Positions 49,212-59,670 are shown, counted from the first letter of the stretch. The stretch is 64,000 nucleotides of DNA from an uncultured Thermococci archaeon (GCA_964500005.1 CAZCMP010000004.1:97816-161815), one strand, 5' to 3'. The notes: a model not told the origin generated them from the letters alone. A program made the numbers and translations.

Positions 49212-49366
49212 AATAATCCCTCCTAGTGATACGAATTTAATATTCGTGCTACTAATAAACTTTAGATATTATTTATAAAGGTTTTGGTTTTTAGGTAATT
49301 TCAATAGTAAGAATGTACTAAGTAAATTATATAAGCAAGTTACTATAAATTAGGGTGGTGATTTAC

Positions 49367-50422
49367 ATGAAGAGGATTATTATAGCTCTATTATTACTGA
49401 CGTTGTTATTACCAAGCGTATACGCTGTACAAACAGTAAATGATCAGAAAGGAGAAGTCGTTACTATCGATAACGACGTAAATGAAGACCTATTCATTTC
49501 AGGTAACAAAGTTATAATAAACGGCAATATTAATGGCGATCTATTTGCTGCCGCGGGGGAGGTAGTTGTAAACGGTCAAGTGAATGGGGATGCCTATGTT
49601 GTCGCAGGAACTGTTACTGTAAACGGAAACATAACTGGTGAGCTTATTGTAGGTGCCGGGCAGGTGACCGTTTCGGGGGACACTGAGAAGATCCTGGCCG
49701 GTTGTGGAGACTTGGCTATTAAAGGCGACACGAAAAAGGTAGTAGCAGCTTCGGGGAATGTTAGAATTTACTCAACTTCAGTTATAGAAGAATATGCATA
49801 CATAGCGACAGGTACATTTGATAATCAAGGGACCATTAATGGAGAGCTTGTCCTTACAGCTGAACAATTGGTAAATAAAGGAACAGTTGGTTCATTTAAC
49901 TATACGCAAACAGAAACTAGCAAAGATTTTTCTGAAGGTATGAAGGCTATAGCCACTATCTTTTCAATACTTGCTGCAATTGGGATGCTAGTTCTTGGAA
50001 TACTACTAATAAGATTCTTCCCAAAGCTATTCTTCACAGTTGAGAAGGAAGTGGAAACGGACACTATAGTGAGGACTATAATCGGATTCCTATTGATTAT
50101 CGCGGCAGTTGCTGTCACTATCATACTTGCGGGTACTATAATCGGCCTACCTATTGCAGCCATACTTGGAGCTTTCATATTCATGGCCTTTATGACCTCG
50201 GGATTGTTCGTTTCTTATTGTACAGGGAACTTTGTTACAAAGAGATTAAATATCAATACAAGTGAGCTAGGTATATTCATAATCGGTTTCATAATACTGA
50301 CAGTTCTAAACATAATCCCTGTCCTTGGATCCTTTGTTGGTCTTGTAGTTACAAGTCTTGGATTTGGAGCAATCTATTACGCAGTTAAAAACAATTGGAA
50401 TTTAATAACGGCAAAAAATTAA
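49367..50422 (+). CDS. Secreted bactofilin-like beta-helix protein with multi-TM C-terminus
   Basis: Signal peptide; repeats D-L-F-x-x-G-x-x-V-x-I-N-G; about 5 C-terminal TM helices. Confidence 0.7.
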   Translation: MKRIIIALLLLTLLLPSVYAVQTVNDQKGEVVTIDNDVNEDLFISGNKVIINGNINGDLFAAAGEVVVNGQVNGDAYVVAGTVTVNGNITGELIVGAGQVTVSGDTEKILAGCGDLAIKGDTKKVVAASGNVRIYSTSVIEEYAYIATGTFDNQGTINGELVLTAEQLVNKGTVGSFNYTQTETSKDFSEGMKAIATIFSILAAIGMLVLGILLIRFFPKLFFTVEKEVETDTIVRTIIGFLLIIAAVAVTIILAGTIIGLPIAAILGAFIFMAFMTSGLFVSYCTGNFVTKRLNINTSELGIFIIGFIILTVLNIIPVLGSFVGLVVTSLGFGAIYYAVKNNWNLITAKN

Positions 50423-50487
50423 TTTTATTTTTTTCTTTTTATTTTTAAGAACAAAAACTTATAAACTTCTTATCAACCGTTCATCTA

Positions 50488-50943
50488 ATGATTAATCCAA
50501 ATAACACCAGAATGGTTCCCGGCTGGAAATTCGCACCGGTCCCCATTTGTTATGGCGGTGACTTAAGGGCAATCGCATTCTGTTGCCATCCAGGATACCC
50601 CTTGACATTTTCCTTCAAATGTGGCCTTCCCAAAGCCTTGGAAGAGCTTGGGATAACTAAAGAAGAGTACATCGAAATAAAGGATAAGTTCTCAAAGGAA
50701 CACGACTGGGATAGTGAGCTGGTCTGCTTCAAATCGCTTTCTTATTGTTGTATGAGAAGAGGCGGATGTATGGGTGGAAGGGATATTGCCCTTGAAACAA
50801 AATACGAAGGAGAAGGATTTGAGAAATATTTTGCTTTAAAGAGAAAGCTATGCGTTGAAATATTAAAAATGGCAAGAAACAAAGAAAAGGTAAAAGAACT
50901 TCTAGATTATGAGCTTTCTAGACCAGAGCCTTTAATCGAATAA
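50488..50943 (+). CDS. Methanogenesis marker domain 9-like Cys-rich protein
   Basis: W..AP..ICYGGDLRAIAFCC...EYIEIK..F...CFKSLSYCC. Confidence 0.75.
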   Translation: MINPNNTRMVPGWKFAPVPICYGGDLRAIAFCCHPGYPLTFSFKCGLPKALEELGITKEEYIEIKDKFSKEHDWDSELVCFKSLSYCCMRRGGCMGGRDIALETKYEGEGFEKYFALKRKLCVEILKMARNKEKVKELLDYELSRPEPLIE

Positions 50944-51589
50944 TATTGTTTTTTATACTGTCCTTTTTATTGAAGACTGCAGAACCAGCTACAAGTATAT
51001 CTGCGCCAGCATCTCTGATCTTCTTTATGTTTTTTTCTGTAACCCCACCATCTACTAAGATCTCGATATCGTTGCCCTTAACTAGGTTCTTTGCTTCCTT
51101 AATCTTTGGTAGCATTGTTTCAATGAAGCTCTGCCCACCAAATCCAGGATTTACCGTCATTAAAATAAGGAGATCCATTGAGTCCAAAAGATGAGTTATG
51201 GTATTGACCGGCGTAGAAGGGTTCAAAGCAATTCCTGATTTAACTTTGAGCTCCCGGATCTTATTCAAGAGTCGGTGCGGGTGATACGATGCTTCAATAT
51301 GAAAAGAGATATAGTCAAGAGAAATGTCCCTATCGTTTTTTTCAAGTGATTTAGAAAACAATTCAACGTAATCAGAAGGGTTTTCTATCATCAGGTGAAC
51401 GTCTATAGGTAGTTCAGTTATCCTAGAAACTGCGTCAACGACAAGCGGCCCAATTGTGATATTTGGAACAAAGTGGCCATCCATAACATCTACATGTATT
51501 AAATCTGCACCTGCGTTTTCTGCCTCTAATATCTCATCGCCAAGCCGAGAAAAATCAGCAGAAAGGATAGAGGGTGCAATTTTTGCCAT
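50918..51589 (-). CDS. rpe: Ribulose-phosphate 3-epimerase
   Basis: IAPSILSADF, HVDVMDGHFVPN, MTVNPGFGGQ, VDGG. Confidence 0.97.
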   Translation of the reverse strand: MAKIAPSILSADFSRLGDEILEAENAGADLIHVDVMDGHFVPNITIGPLVVDAVSRITELPIDVHLMIENPSDYVELFSKSLEKNDRDISLDYISFHIEASYHPHRLLNKIRELKVKSGIALNPSTPVNTITHLLDSMDLLILMTVNPGFGGQSFIETMLPKIKEAKNLVKGNDIEILVDGGVTEKNIKKIRDAGADILVAGSAVFNKKDSIKNNIIRLKALV

Positions 51590-51593
51590 GAGA

Positions 51594-52247
51594 CTAAATC
51601 TCCTTGTGTTCTACTTTTTTCCAGTCACACATGAACTTTTCAATGCCTATGTCAGTTAGAGGGTGTTTAATAATCTTCATCAAGACATCATAAGGTACAG
51701 TTGCTATGTCTGCACCCATAAGAGCTGCCTGTAATACATGAATTGGATGCCTGATACTTGCAACGATAACTTCGGTTTCAAAGGAGTAGTTTCTAAATAT
51801 CTGTTGAATCTCTGCAACAAGGTTCATCCCTTCAGTTGAAATATCATCTAGCCTTCCAACAAAAGGAGACACATATGATGCACCTGCTTTTGCTGCCAAA
51901 AGAGCTTGAGTTGAAGAGAAGATAAGGGTCACATTTGTCTTGACTCCTTCCTCTGATAAAGACTTCACTGCTTTAAGCCCATCTTTTGTTATTGGAACTT
52001 TCACTACAATGTTCTTGTGGACGTCAGACAACTTTAATGCTTCTTCAACCATGCCCTTGTAATCAGAACAAGTGACTTCGGCGGATATAGGTCCATCTAC
52101 AATTTTACATATCTCGTAGATTATCTCCCTAAAAGGTTTCTTTTCTTTAGAGATTAGTGATGGGTTTGTAGTAACGCCCTCAATTAGTCCAAGGCTTGCT
52201 GCATCCCTAATCTGCTCAATATTTGCAGTATCCAAAAAAAATTTCAT
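51594..52247 (-). CDS. tal: Transaldolase (FSA/TalC type)
   Basis: [35 protein letters not shown]. Confidence 0.93.
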   Translation of the reverse strand: MKFFLDTANIEQIRDAASLGLIEGVTTNPSLISKEKKPFREIIYEICKIVDGPISAEVTCSDYKGMVEEALKLSDVHKNIVVKVPITKDGLKAVKSLSEEGVKTNVTLIFSSTQALLAAKAGASYVSPFVGRLDDISTEGMNLVAEIQQIFRNYSFETEVIVASIRHPIHVLQAALMGADIATVPYDVLMKIIKHPLTDIGIEKFMCDWKKVEHKEI

Positions 52248-52272
52248 GTTATTCCCTCTATCATAATTAGTA

Positions 52273-53214
52273 TTATCTTTTCATTGTTATAACATTTTTT
52301 GATAGTTTATAAATTTCATCTGCAGTGAGGTTGTATATCTGCATCAATAGCTCGTAATCCCCGCTCTGTGCAAATGTGTCTTTTATTCCGCATCTTAAAA
52401 CTGGAACAGGGTACTCTTCGGAAAGAATTGAGGACACAAGTGCCCCCACACCCATATAGATGTTGTGCTCTTCAGCTGTCACAACACATCCTGTTTTTTT
52501 TGCAGCTTTAATGATGCCTTGTCTATCAATTGGTTTTAATGTGCTTAGATTAACTACGCCTGCAGAAATACCTTCACTCTGAAGTTTCTCTGCTGCATCA
52601 AGCGATTTTGATACCATTACACCTGATGCCATTATTGTGACGTCATCTCCATCCAATAATGTTGTGGCCTTCCCTAGTTTAATTTCATCTTCACTTTCAA
52701 AGACGTTTGGCACTTTGCTTCTTCCAAGCCTCACATATGTTGGGCCTTTCTCTAGAGAGATTTCTCTTATTGTCTTTTTAGTTTCAAAGGTGTCGGCCGG
52801 GACTGTGACCTTCATGTTTGGAAGGGCACACATGAGCGATATATCTTCAATCATCTGGTGTGATACACCATCTTCCCCTACCGTGATGCCAGCGTGCGTT
52901 GCAACAATCTTCACATTCATCTTTGGGTAAGCAATAGATTGCCTTATCTGGTCGTAAACTCTTCCTACTGCAAACATTGCAAAGGAGGAGGCAAAAACAG
53001 TTTTTCCTGTTGTAGCTAACCCAGCAGAAATGCCAATCATGTTCTGCTCAGCGATCCCTATATTGAAGAACCTTTCAGGAAACTTCTTCCCAAATGATGA
53101 AGTTTTTGTTGAAGAGGAGAGATCGGCATCTAGCACAACTATGTCTTTTCTTGTTTCTCCAAGCTCTGAAAGGACCTCTCCGTATGCGTCCCTTGGGACT
53201 CCAAATCCTTTCAT
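52273..53214 (-). CDS. Transketolase C-terminal subunit
   Basis: [33 protein letters not shown]. Confidence 0.95.
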   Translation of the reverse strand: MKGFGVPRDAYGEVLSELGETRKDIVVLDADLSSSTKTSSFGKKFPERFFNIGIAEQNMIGISAGLATTGKTVFASSFAMFAVGRVYDQIRQSIAYPKMNVKIVATHAGITVGEDGVSHQMIEDISLMCALPNMKVTVPADTFETKKTIREISLEKGPTYVRLGRSKVPNVFESEDEIKLGKATTLLDGDDVTIMASGVMVSKSLDAAEKLQSEGISAGVVNLSTLKPIDRQGIIKAAKKTGCVVTAEEHNIYMGVGALVSSILSEEYPVPVLRCGIKDTFAQSGDYELLMQIYNLTADEIYKLSKNVITMKR

Positions 53215-54053
53215 GAGATCGTCTCCAACTCTTTCATAGCAATCTTATACTCCTCATCAGTTGGGGATTTGCCGTGGAATGACACATTGTTCTCCATAAA
53301 AGACACTCCCTTTCCCTTGACTGTATGTGCAATTATAATCTTTGGTTTATCTGTAATTTTTAACCCTTCGTTTATAGTTTCGATTATCTCTCGGATATTG
53401 TGGCCATCAATCTCATAAACTTGCCAGTTGAACGCCTTGAGCTTGTCTTTTAATGGCTCAAGCGCCATGACCTTTTCAGTGGGGCCGTCTATTTGTAGAT
53501 TGTTCCTATCAATTATCGCAGTTAGATTTCCAAGCTTGAATTTTGGAGCGGCCATCATGGCTTCCCAGACCTGGCCAGATTGGAGCTCACCGTCTCCAAG
53601 CAGGGCAAAAACCCTAGAACTGCTGCCATCAAGCCTAAGACCAAGAGCAATACCTGTTGCAATTGATAATCCTTGGCCCAAAGAGCCTGTTGATATCTCA
53701 ATTCCTGGTGTCTTAGTACAGGGGTGTCCTTGTAAAAGACACTGTGGCTTTCTTAAGTTCTTTAACTCACTCACATCAAAATATCCAGATTCAGCAAGTG
53801 CTGCATAAAGAGAAGGGCATGCATGACCCTTACTCAAGATGAATCTGTCCCTTCCAATCCAAGTGGGATTTTTAGGATCGTGATTCATTATATGAAAATA
53901 TAAAGAAGTAACAATATCTGCCGAAGAAAGAGACCCGCCGGGGTGCCCTGACTTTGCAGCGTATATCATTTCGATTATATCTTTTCTAATAGTGTTAGCT
54001 CTTTTTTTTAGATCATTAATAGTCGAATCATTTATAGGTTGATTTGCTTTCAT
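53211..54053 (-). CDS. Transketolase N-terminal subunit
   Basis: SGHPGGSLS, LSKGHACP, GSLGQG, GDGELQSG...N. Confidence 0.95.
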   Translation of the reverse strand: MKANQPINDSTINDLKKRANTIRKDIIEMIYAAKSGHPGGSLSSADIVTSLYFHIMNHDPKNPTWIGRDRFILSKGHACPSLYAALAESGYFDVSELKNLRKPQCLLQGHPCTKTPGIEISTGSLGQGLSIATGIALGLRLDGSSSRVFALLGDGELQSGQVWEAMMAAPKFKLGNLTAIIDRNNLQIDGPTEKVMALEPLKDKLKAFNWQVYEIDGHNIREIIETINEGLKITDKPKIIIAHTVKGKGVSFMENNVSFHGKSPTDEEYKIAMKELETIS

Positions 54054-54156
54054 CTTATCTGATAAGATTTAATTTTTCTCGATATAAATGATTTATGGTT
54101 AATATCTCTTAATAAAGTAAGCTAAACTTTTTATATCTGAAGATTTAAAAATAATC

Positions 54157-54750
54157 ATGGAAACTTGTGGAATTTGCAGTAAAAAGATAAAGGACAATCT
54201 TGAGATGTGCTACTGCAGTTACTGTAACATGACCTTTCATTTTACATGTATAGAAGAACAGCCATGCCCAAATTGTGGCAAAGTTCTAAATATTGCACAC
54301 GTAAGACTTGGAAAACCAGTTGAAATTTTTAGGAAGGAAGAAAACAAAGATGTCTTTATCGAAGAGGTTGATATTGAGCAGAAGAGTGAGCCTTTATCTC
54401 CCGTTGAGCAGAGTTTTGAGAAAGAAGGTATAACGGAAGAGGAAATACCTGAAAGAATGAAAAGCGAATTCTATCAAGGCAAATACCCTTACGAAGAAGA
54501 AAGACCGAGGGCTAATGTGCCACCTATGAGCCCAATGGTCGAAAGAGGCAGGACACTTAGAAGGAGAGAAGCGCCAAGAAGAAGGTCTGGACTATCGAAT
54601 AAAAAACTATTGTTCATTCTTCTCGTTGTCGCCCTTTTGATAATAAATGCAGTTGTAATCTATTATGTGCTATATGGTGGGACTATTCCTTTACTAAATA
54701 TTAGAACTGGTACCGAAGAGGCAACTTCACAAATCTTCTTAAATTTTTAA
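54157..54750 (+). CDS. Membrane-anchored protein with an N-terminal C4HC3 (PHD-like) zinc finger
   Basis: C4-C7, C20-C23, H28, C31, C37-C40 spacing; C-terminal TM. Confidence 0.7.
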   Translation: METCGICSKKIKDNLEMCYCSYCNMTFHFTCIEEQPCPNCGKVLNIAHVRLGKPVEIFRKEENKDVFIEEVDIEQKSEPLSPVEQSFEKEGITEEEIPERMKSEFYQGKYPYEEERPRANVPPMSPMVERGRTLRRREAPRRRSGLSNKKLLFILLVVALLIINAVVIYYVLYGGTIPLLNIRTGTEEATSQIFLNF

Positions 54751-54803
54751 TATTAACCAAAAATGATAAAAAGATTCTACCTAGTTTTGCTGTGGGGACT
54801 ATA

Positions 54804-56489
54804 TTGCTCAAAGATTTGAAGAATGCGTTGGAAGCTTCAATAAGGAAAGCTGTTTGCTCAGAAGCTGCTGCAGACATCCCAATAGTTTTTTCTAGACCCC
54901 CCGATTTTAAACTTGGTGATATTGCAACTCCACTGTCCTTTGAGCTTGCTAAAAAAATGAAGAATAATCCAATCAAAATTGCAAAGGATATTGTAGAAAA
55001 AATTATTCTGCCAGAAGGTGTAGAAAGAGCAGAAACTTCTGGCGGTTACATAAACTTCTTTTTTGATAGAAAATATTTTTCAAAAAAGACTGTTTCTACT
55101 ATAATAAATGAAGATACATCTTACGGAAAAGGAGAAAAAAAGAAAGATAAGGTAATGGTTGAGTACTCTCAGCCTAACACTCACAAATCATTTCATATAG
55201 GGCACTTGAGGAACGTTTGTTTAGGGGATGCCCTTGCCAATATAATGGAGTTTTCTGGGTATGAAACTGTAAGGGCAAATTATATTGGGGATGTTGGCGC
55301 CCATGTTGCGAAGTGCTTATGGGGATACATGAAGTTCTATGATGGCGTGGTACCCCAAATAAATAAAGGGGATTTTCTTGGAAAGGTCTACTCTGAAGCA
55401 GACAATAAACTCAAAGATTCTGAAGAATACCAAGAGGAATACAAGGTCGTCTTAAAGAACCTCTACGAAGAGGACAAAAAGACCATGGATGTCTGGAGGA
55501 TGACGAGAGAGTGGAGCCTTGAAGAGTTTAATAGAATCTACCAAGAACTTGGAGTTAACTTTGATATTTTCCTTTATGAGAGTGAAGTGAAAGACGAAGG
55601 CACCAAAATAGCAAAAGAGCTTTTAGATAAAGGCGTTGCAGAAAATAAGGATCGGGCGGTAATAGTTAATCTGAAAGAGTATGGCCTTGATGAGTTTGTA
55701 ATCTTGAGAAGTGATGGAACGGCCCTCTACTCAACAAAAGACCTAGCGCTTGCTGAGAGAAAGTTTCAGGAGTTTAAAATAGATCTTTCATTGTATGTCG
55801 TTGGAAGCGAACAAAAATTCTACTTCAAACAGCTTTTCAAAACATTAGAGCTTATGGGATTTAAACAGGCAAAAAGATGCTATCATTTATCATATGAACT
55901 TGTTATGCTTGAAGAGGGTAAGATGTCCTCTAGGGAAGGAAATGTCGTACTTTATTCAGAACTGAAGGATGTTGTAAAAAAAGAGGCGGTAAATCAAGTA
56001 AGGGAACGTAATATATCAAATGCAGAAAGTATTTCTGAAATTGTTACTTTGGGTGCATTGAAGTACAGCATGATGAAGGACAACAACAAGCGGATCATCT
56101 TCAACTGGAAGAAAGCCTTGGACTTTGAAGGGGATACAGCTCCATATATACAGTATGCTCACGCAAGGGCATCGAGCATTCTAAATAAAATTACTGATTT
56201 TAAGAACGAATTTGAAATAGATGAGCTTAACGAAAAGGAGTATAAGCTAGTGTCTATGTTATCAGAATTTCCTGAGGTAGTTGAGAAAGCATCGATTGAT
56301 TATAGGCCAGACTATGTTTCTAACTATGTCTATGGACTTGCAAAATGCTTCAACGAGTTTTACCATGAGTGCCATGTCTTAAATGCAGAGACAAACAAAG
56401 AGTTTAGGGCCTCTCTTGTTAAAGCAACAAAGATAGTATTAAATAATGGGCTGGGACTTCTTGGTATTAAAGCTCCGGAAGAGATGTAA
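54804..56489 (+). CDS. argS: Arginine-tRNA ligase
   Basis: EYSQPN..HIGH, KMSSR, GDTAPYIQYAHAR, APEEM. Confidence 0.97.
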   Translation: MLKDLKNALEASIRKAVCSEAAADIPIVFSRPPDFKLGDIATPLSFELAKKMKNNPIKIAKDIVEKIILPEGVERAETSGGYINFFFDRKYFSKKTVSTIINEDTSYGKGEKKKDKVMVEYSQPNTHKSFHIGHLRNVCLGDALANIMEFSGYETVRANYIGDVGAHVAKCLWGYMKFYDGVVPQINKGDFLGKVYSEADNKLKDSEEYQEEYKVVLKNLYEEDKKTMDVWRMTREWSLEEFNRIYQELGVNFDIFLYESEVKDEGTKIAKELLDKGVAENKDRAVIVNLKEYGLDEFVILRSDGTALYSTKDLALAERKFQEFKIDLSLYVVGSEQKFYFKQLFKTLELMGFKQAKRCYHLSYELVMLEEGKMSSREGNVVLYSELKDVVKKEAVNQVRERNISNAESISEIVTLGALKYSMMKDNNKRIIFNWKKALDFEGDTAPYIQYAHARASSILNKITDFKNEFEIDELNEKEYKLVSMLSEFPEVVEKASIDYRPDYVSNYVYGLAKCFNEFYHECHVLNAETNKEFRASLVKATKIVLNNGLGLLGIKAPEEM

Positions 56490-56555
56490 TACTCATTTTT
56501 AAGTATCTACCCAAAAATTTATATATGGTTTTTATTTAGTGATTTTGGTGTTTCA

Positions 56556-57065
56556 TTGAAATCTAAAAGTTCAAAGAATATTGCCTTCACTGCAATCTTT
56601 GCTGCAATAGGGATTCTATTTGGGACGATACTACTTATCCCAACACCGGTACCAAATGTTTATCTTGATCTGTCCCATATAGGTACAGTTCTTGCTGCTA
56701 TATTATTGGGTCCGATTTTTGGGGGTATAACGGGATTTATCGTTGGTATATGGCCTGGCATTACCTTTGGTAACTTCTTCGTACCTCCTTTTAAAGCCTT
56801 GACAGGTATTTTTATTGCAATTCTGTCCAAAAAGACAAGACCTGGAATAGCAGTCTTAGGTGGGTACCTACCTGAAGCTTTTTTGACATATCTCACACTT
56901 GCAGTATTGAAAATCCCATATGGGCTTCCCTTGCCCGTTGTATACACAATATTAACGAAGGCTTTTGCTGAAATAATTATTCTCGGCGTACTTATGGAAA
57001 TACTGATGAGAAATAAAGGTGTAAAACACTTTCTTGAATCAAAGGTAGGATTTTTATACCTTTGA
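56556..57065 (+). CDS. ECF transporter S component
   Basis: Small multi-TM protein; AIFAAI...LLGPIFGGITG. Confidence 0.75.
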   Translation: MKSKSSKNIAFTAIFAAIGILFGTILLIPTPVPNVYLDLSHIGTVLAAILLGPIFGGITGFIVGIWPGITFGNFFVPPFKALTGIFIAILSKKTRPGIAVLGGYLPEAFLTYLTLAVLKIPYGLPLPVVYTILTKAFAEIIILGVLMEILMRNKGVKHFLESKVGFLYL

Positions 57066-57079
57066 TATTTTTTATTTTT

Positions 57080-57724
57080 GTGAAGAAAAAACAGCTTGAA
57101 ATCTTTCTTTCAAATCTGAAGGAGATGGAAGACCCTGACATGTTTGAGGAGCAGTATACGACCCCTGGTGACATTGCCGCCAAAATAGTCCTATTTGCAT
57201 ACCACAGGGGGGACATAGAAGGGAAAACTGTAGTAGATCTTGGCGCAGGTACAGGTCGGCTTGGTATAGCTTCGCTCCTATTAGGTGCTAAAAAAGCCTA
57301 TTTTGTAGAGAAAGATAAAAGGGCTATAGAGATTTTAAACAATAATCTAAAAACATTAACTTTAAAAAGTAACGAAATCTTAGGAAAATACGAGATTAAG
57401 GATGCTGACGTTTTAGACGTCCTCCTGCGAGGGGACACTATTATTCAAAATCCGCCTTTTGGTACAAAAAAGAGGGGCATGGACTCCAAATTTTTGAAAA
57501 AGGCTTTCGAAATAGGGAATGTTGTGTATTCCTTGCACAAGAAAGGAAACTATGATTTCATAAGAAATGTGGCATTGGAAAAGGGATTTGATCTAGTAGA
57601 AAAGCAAGATTTCAATTTTCCAATAAAAGCGATGTTTGAAGTTCATAAGAAGAGGAAAGTACTGATTGAGGTTGAACTTTATAGATTCATGAGGTGTTAT
57701 GATGGAAGCGAACGGAGAGACTAA
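57080..57724 (+). CDS. METTL5-family RNA methyltransferase
   Basis: EQYTTP, VVDLGAGTGRL, QNPPFG, YSLH. Confidence 0.9.
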   Translation: MKKKQLEIFLSNLKEMEDPDMFEEQYTTPGDIAAKIVLFAYHRGDIEGKTVVDLGAGTGRLGIASLLLGAKKAYFVEKDKRAIEILNNNLKTLTLKSNEILGKYEIKDADVLDVLLRGDTIIQNPPFGTKKRGMDSKFLKKAFEIGNVVYSLHKKGNYDFIRNVALEKGFDLVEKQDFNFPIKAMFEVHKKRKVLIEVELYRFMRCYDGSERRD

Positions 57725-58286
57725 AAAAGAATTTGTTATACCAGGCGACTACATAGGTGTTGCCGAAGAATTTTTACCAGGAAATGGAGCATTTGAAGAG
57801 AACGGAAAGATATATGCTACACTGGTAGGAAACCTAGACCTTGACATGTCAAGAAGAAGTGCAAGTGTTGTTTCAAAAACAAATGTTGTGCCTCAAATAA
57901 AAGAAGGGGATATAGTCTACGGGGAAGTAGTATCAGTTAAACCGCAGATGGTTTACGTAGACCTCCTAGCTTTAGAGGGGTACGCAGACAAAAAGCTTTC
58001 AGCCAATACAAAGGCAAGGATATATGTTTCGCAGACTGACAAAAAGTATGTAAAAACTATCTCCACAGAATTTAGGAATGGGGATATTGTAAGAGCAAGA
58101 GTTGTAGATACTCAGGGCGACGCTGTAAGACTTTCAACTGCGGAAGATAACCTTGGGGTAATCAGAGCTATTTGTGGCGTTTGCAGAAAAACCCTTGAAA
58201 TAAAGGGCGATACACTTGAGTGCAGCTACTGCAGCTCAAAGGAAACAAGAAAGACAGCAAACGACTACATGAAAGCAAAATTATGA
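57699..58286 (+). CDS. csl4: Exosome RNA-binding protein Csl4
   Basis: VIPGD..EEF.PG, S1 domain, FRNGDIVRARV, CGVC...CSYC...E.RK.A. Confidence 0.92.
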   Translation: MMEANGETKKEFVIPGDYIGVAEEFLPGNGAFEENGKIYATLVGNLDLDMSRRSASVVSKTNVVPQIKEGDIVYGEVVSVKPQMVYVDLLALEGYADKKLSANTKARIYVSQTDKKYVKTISTEFRNGDIVRARVVDTQGDAVRLSTAEDNLGVIRAICGVCRKTLEIKGDTLECSYCSSKETRKTANDYMKAKL

Positions 58287-58290
58287 TAAG

Positions 58291-58881
58291 ATGAAGAGAA
58301 AAACACGAGTTTTAAGTTTTAAAATTAAGGGCAATGAGAAGGTAGAAATTGCCCGTTTTCTTTCTAAATTTGAAGATATAAATTTTAACATATCAGATGA
58401 TACGTTAAAGGTAAAAGTATTAGATCCAGGCAGCATGGGGGATGTAGTCCACTCAATTAAAAGTTTCTTGGAAGAGAAAAAGGAAAAGCAGATAAAAGAG
58501 GACAAAGGTATTTACAGCTACAATCTTGACAGCATCTCTAAAATCGCTGGCACAACTGTTCCTGTAAAGCTTCTAAAAGCAGTATTAAGTGACAAAGGTT
58601 ACTCATTTGAAGTCGATAGAGAAAATGTAGTTTCTACGGCTCATGTTTCGGTAGCCGCTGAAAATGCAGGCGAAATATCCTATCTTTTAGAAGATTTGGA
58701 TGGGGTTTCAAAGCCGGTAACAGAAATCATTGTAAGGGTTGCAATTGAGTTTGATATGTTGTCTTCAGAGCTTTTGAGTGTCGGAATAGATAAAAAGATT
58801 TTTAACGATACAAAAACGGTATCTTTAAATATAAGCTATGATGATGCTCTTTCATATTTAAGGGAGTACGCAGGTGAATAA
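58291..58881 (+). CDS. DUF2067-like conserved hypothetical protein
   Basis: Position between csl4 and rpoL, as in Thermococci; weak motif match. Confidence 0.6.
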   Translation: MKRKTRVLSFKIKGNEKVEIARFLSKFEDINFNISDDTLKVKVLDPGSMGDVVHSIKSFLEEKKEKQIKEDKGIYSYNLDSISKIAGTTVPVKLLKAVLSDKGYSFEVDRENVVSTAHVSVAAENAGEISYLLEDLDGVSKPVTEIIVRVAIEFDMLSSELLSVGIDKKIFNDTKTVSLNISYDDALSYLREYAGE

Positions 58882-58882
58882 T

Positions 58883-59155
58883 TTGGATATTGAAGTAATT
58901 AAGAATAAGGATAGTTTAATGGAATTTAGGATTATAGGAGAAGATCACACACTTTGTAACTTATTAAGGGATGCTTTACTAAAAAATAAAAAAGTCAAGG
59001 TTGCAGCATACAAGATTGACCACCCTCTTTTGAGCGGTAAAAGTCCAATGTTCATAATCAATACGGACGGCTCTATATCACCCAAAGATGCACTTCTTGA
59101 AGCTATAAAAAATATCGAAAAAGATGTTAAAGGCTTAAAGAAAAATTTGCTTTAA
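58883..59155 (+). CDS. rpoL: RNA polymerase subunit L (Rpo11)
   Basis: GEDHTLCNLLR, AAYKIDHPL. Confidence 0.95.
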   Translation: MDIEVIKNKDSLMEFRIIGEDHTLCNLLRDALLKNKKVKVAAYKIDHPLLSGKSPMFIINTDGSISPKDALLEAIKNIEKDVKGLKKNLL

Positions 59156-59670
59156 AATGAATCTGCTTCTTCTTCAAGGACATCTTTTCTAATAATTTCA
59201 TCTCTTTTTAGGACAGATATGCCTGTTTTTTTATCAATTATTTGAATGATGACCTTAATGTCTGGGTCCTCAAGATTAACTTTTGCCCCTGTTGCTTCGA
59301 CTATTTTTGCACCGATCTCTCTTTCGAGGTTTTGGGATTTGAAGTTTGTCTTACCTCTTTTCTTACACCTGACAGCAAATGTGTCACTTTTGAAAATTTT
59401 TGGTACTGCAACGTCAGTTGCTTCGACCATTATTAAGTCTGGGTCAGTGTTAATGTATCTGTCAAACGGCAATACTCTGTGAATAGCACTTGTCTCATAA
59501 TCTCTAATCGTTTCGGCAGCTTTTCTGGCATCCTTGCATTTTACAAGGAGGACCCCTTTGAACTTAGTTTTTTTAATTTCATAGATCTCTCCTTCCAATG
59601 CCCATTCTACTTCCCAAATTCCATCAAACTGCCTTGCCGTGGGAGTTGTCACGAGCAGATATTCTTTCAT
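59152..59670 (-). CDS. THUMP domain protein
   Basis: TFAVRCKKRG...LEREIGAKI...VNLEDPD. Confidence 0.9.
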   Translation of the reverse strand: MKEYLLVTTPTARQFDGIWEVEWALEGEIYEIKKTKFKGVLLVKCKDARKAAETIRDYETSAIHRVLPFDRYINTDPDLIMVEATDVAVPKIFKSDTFAVRCKKRGKTNFKSQNLEREIGAKIVEATGAKVNLEDPDIKVIIQIIDKKTGISVLKRDEIIRKDVLEEEADSF

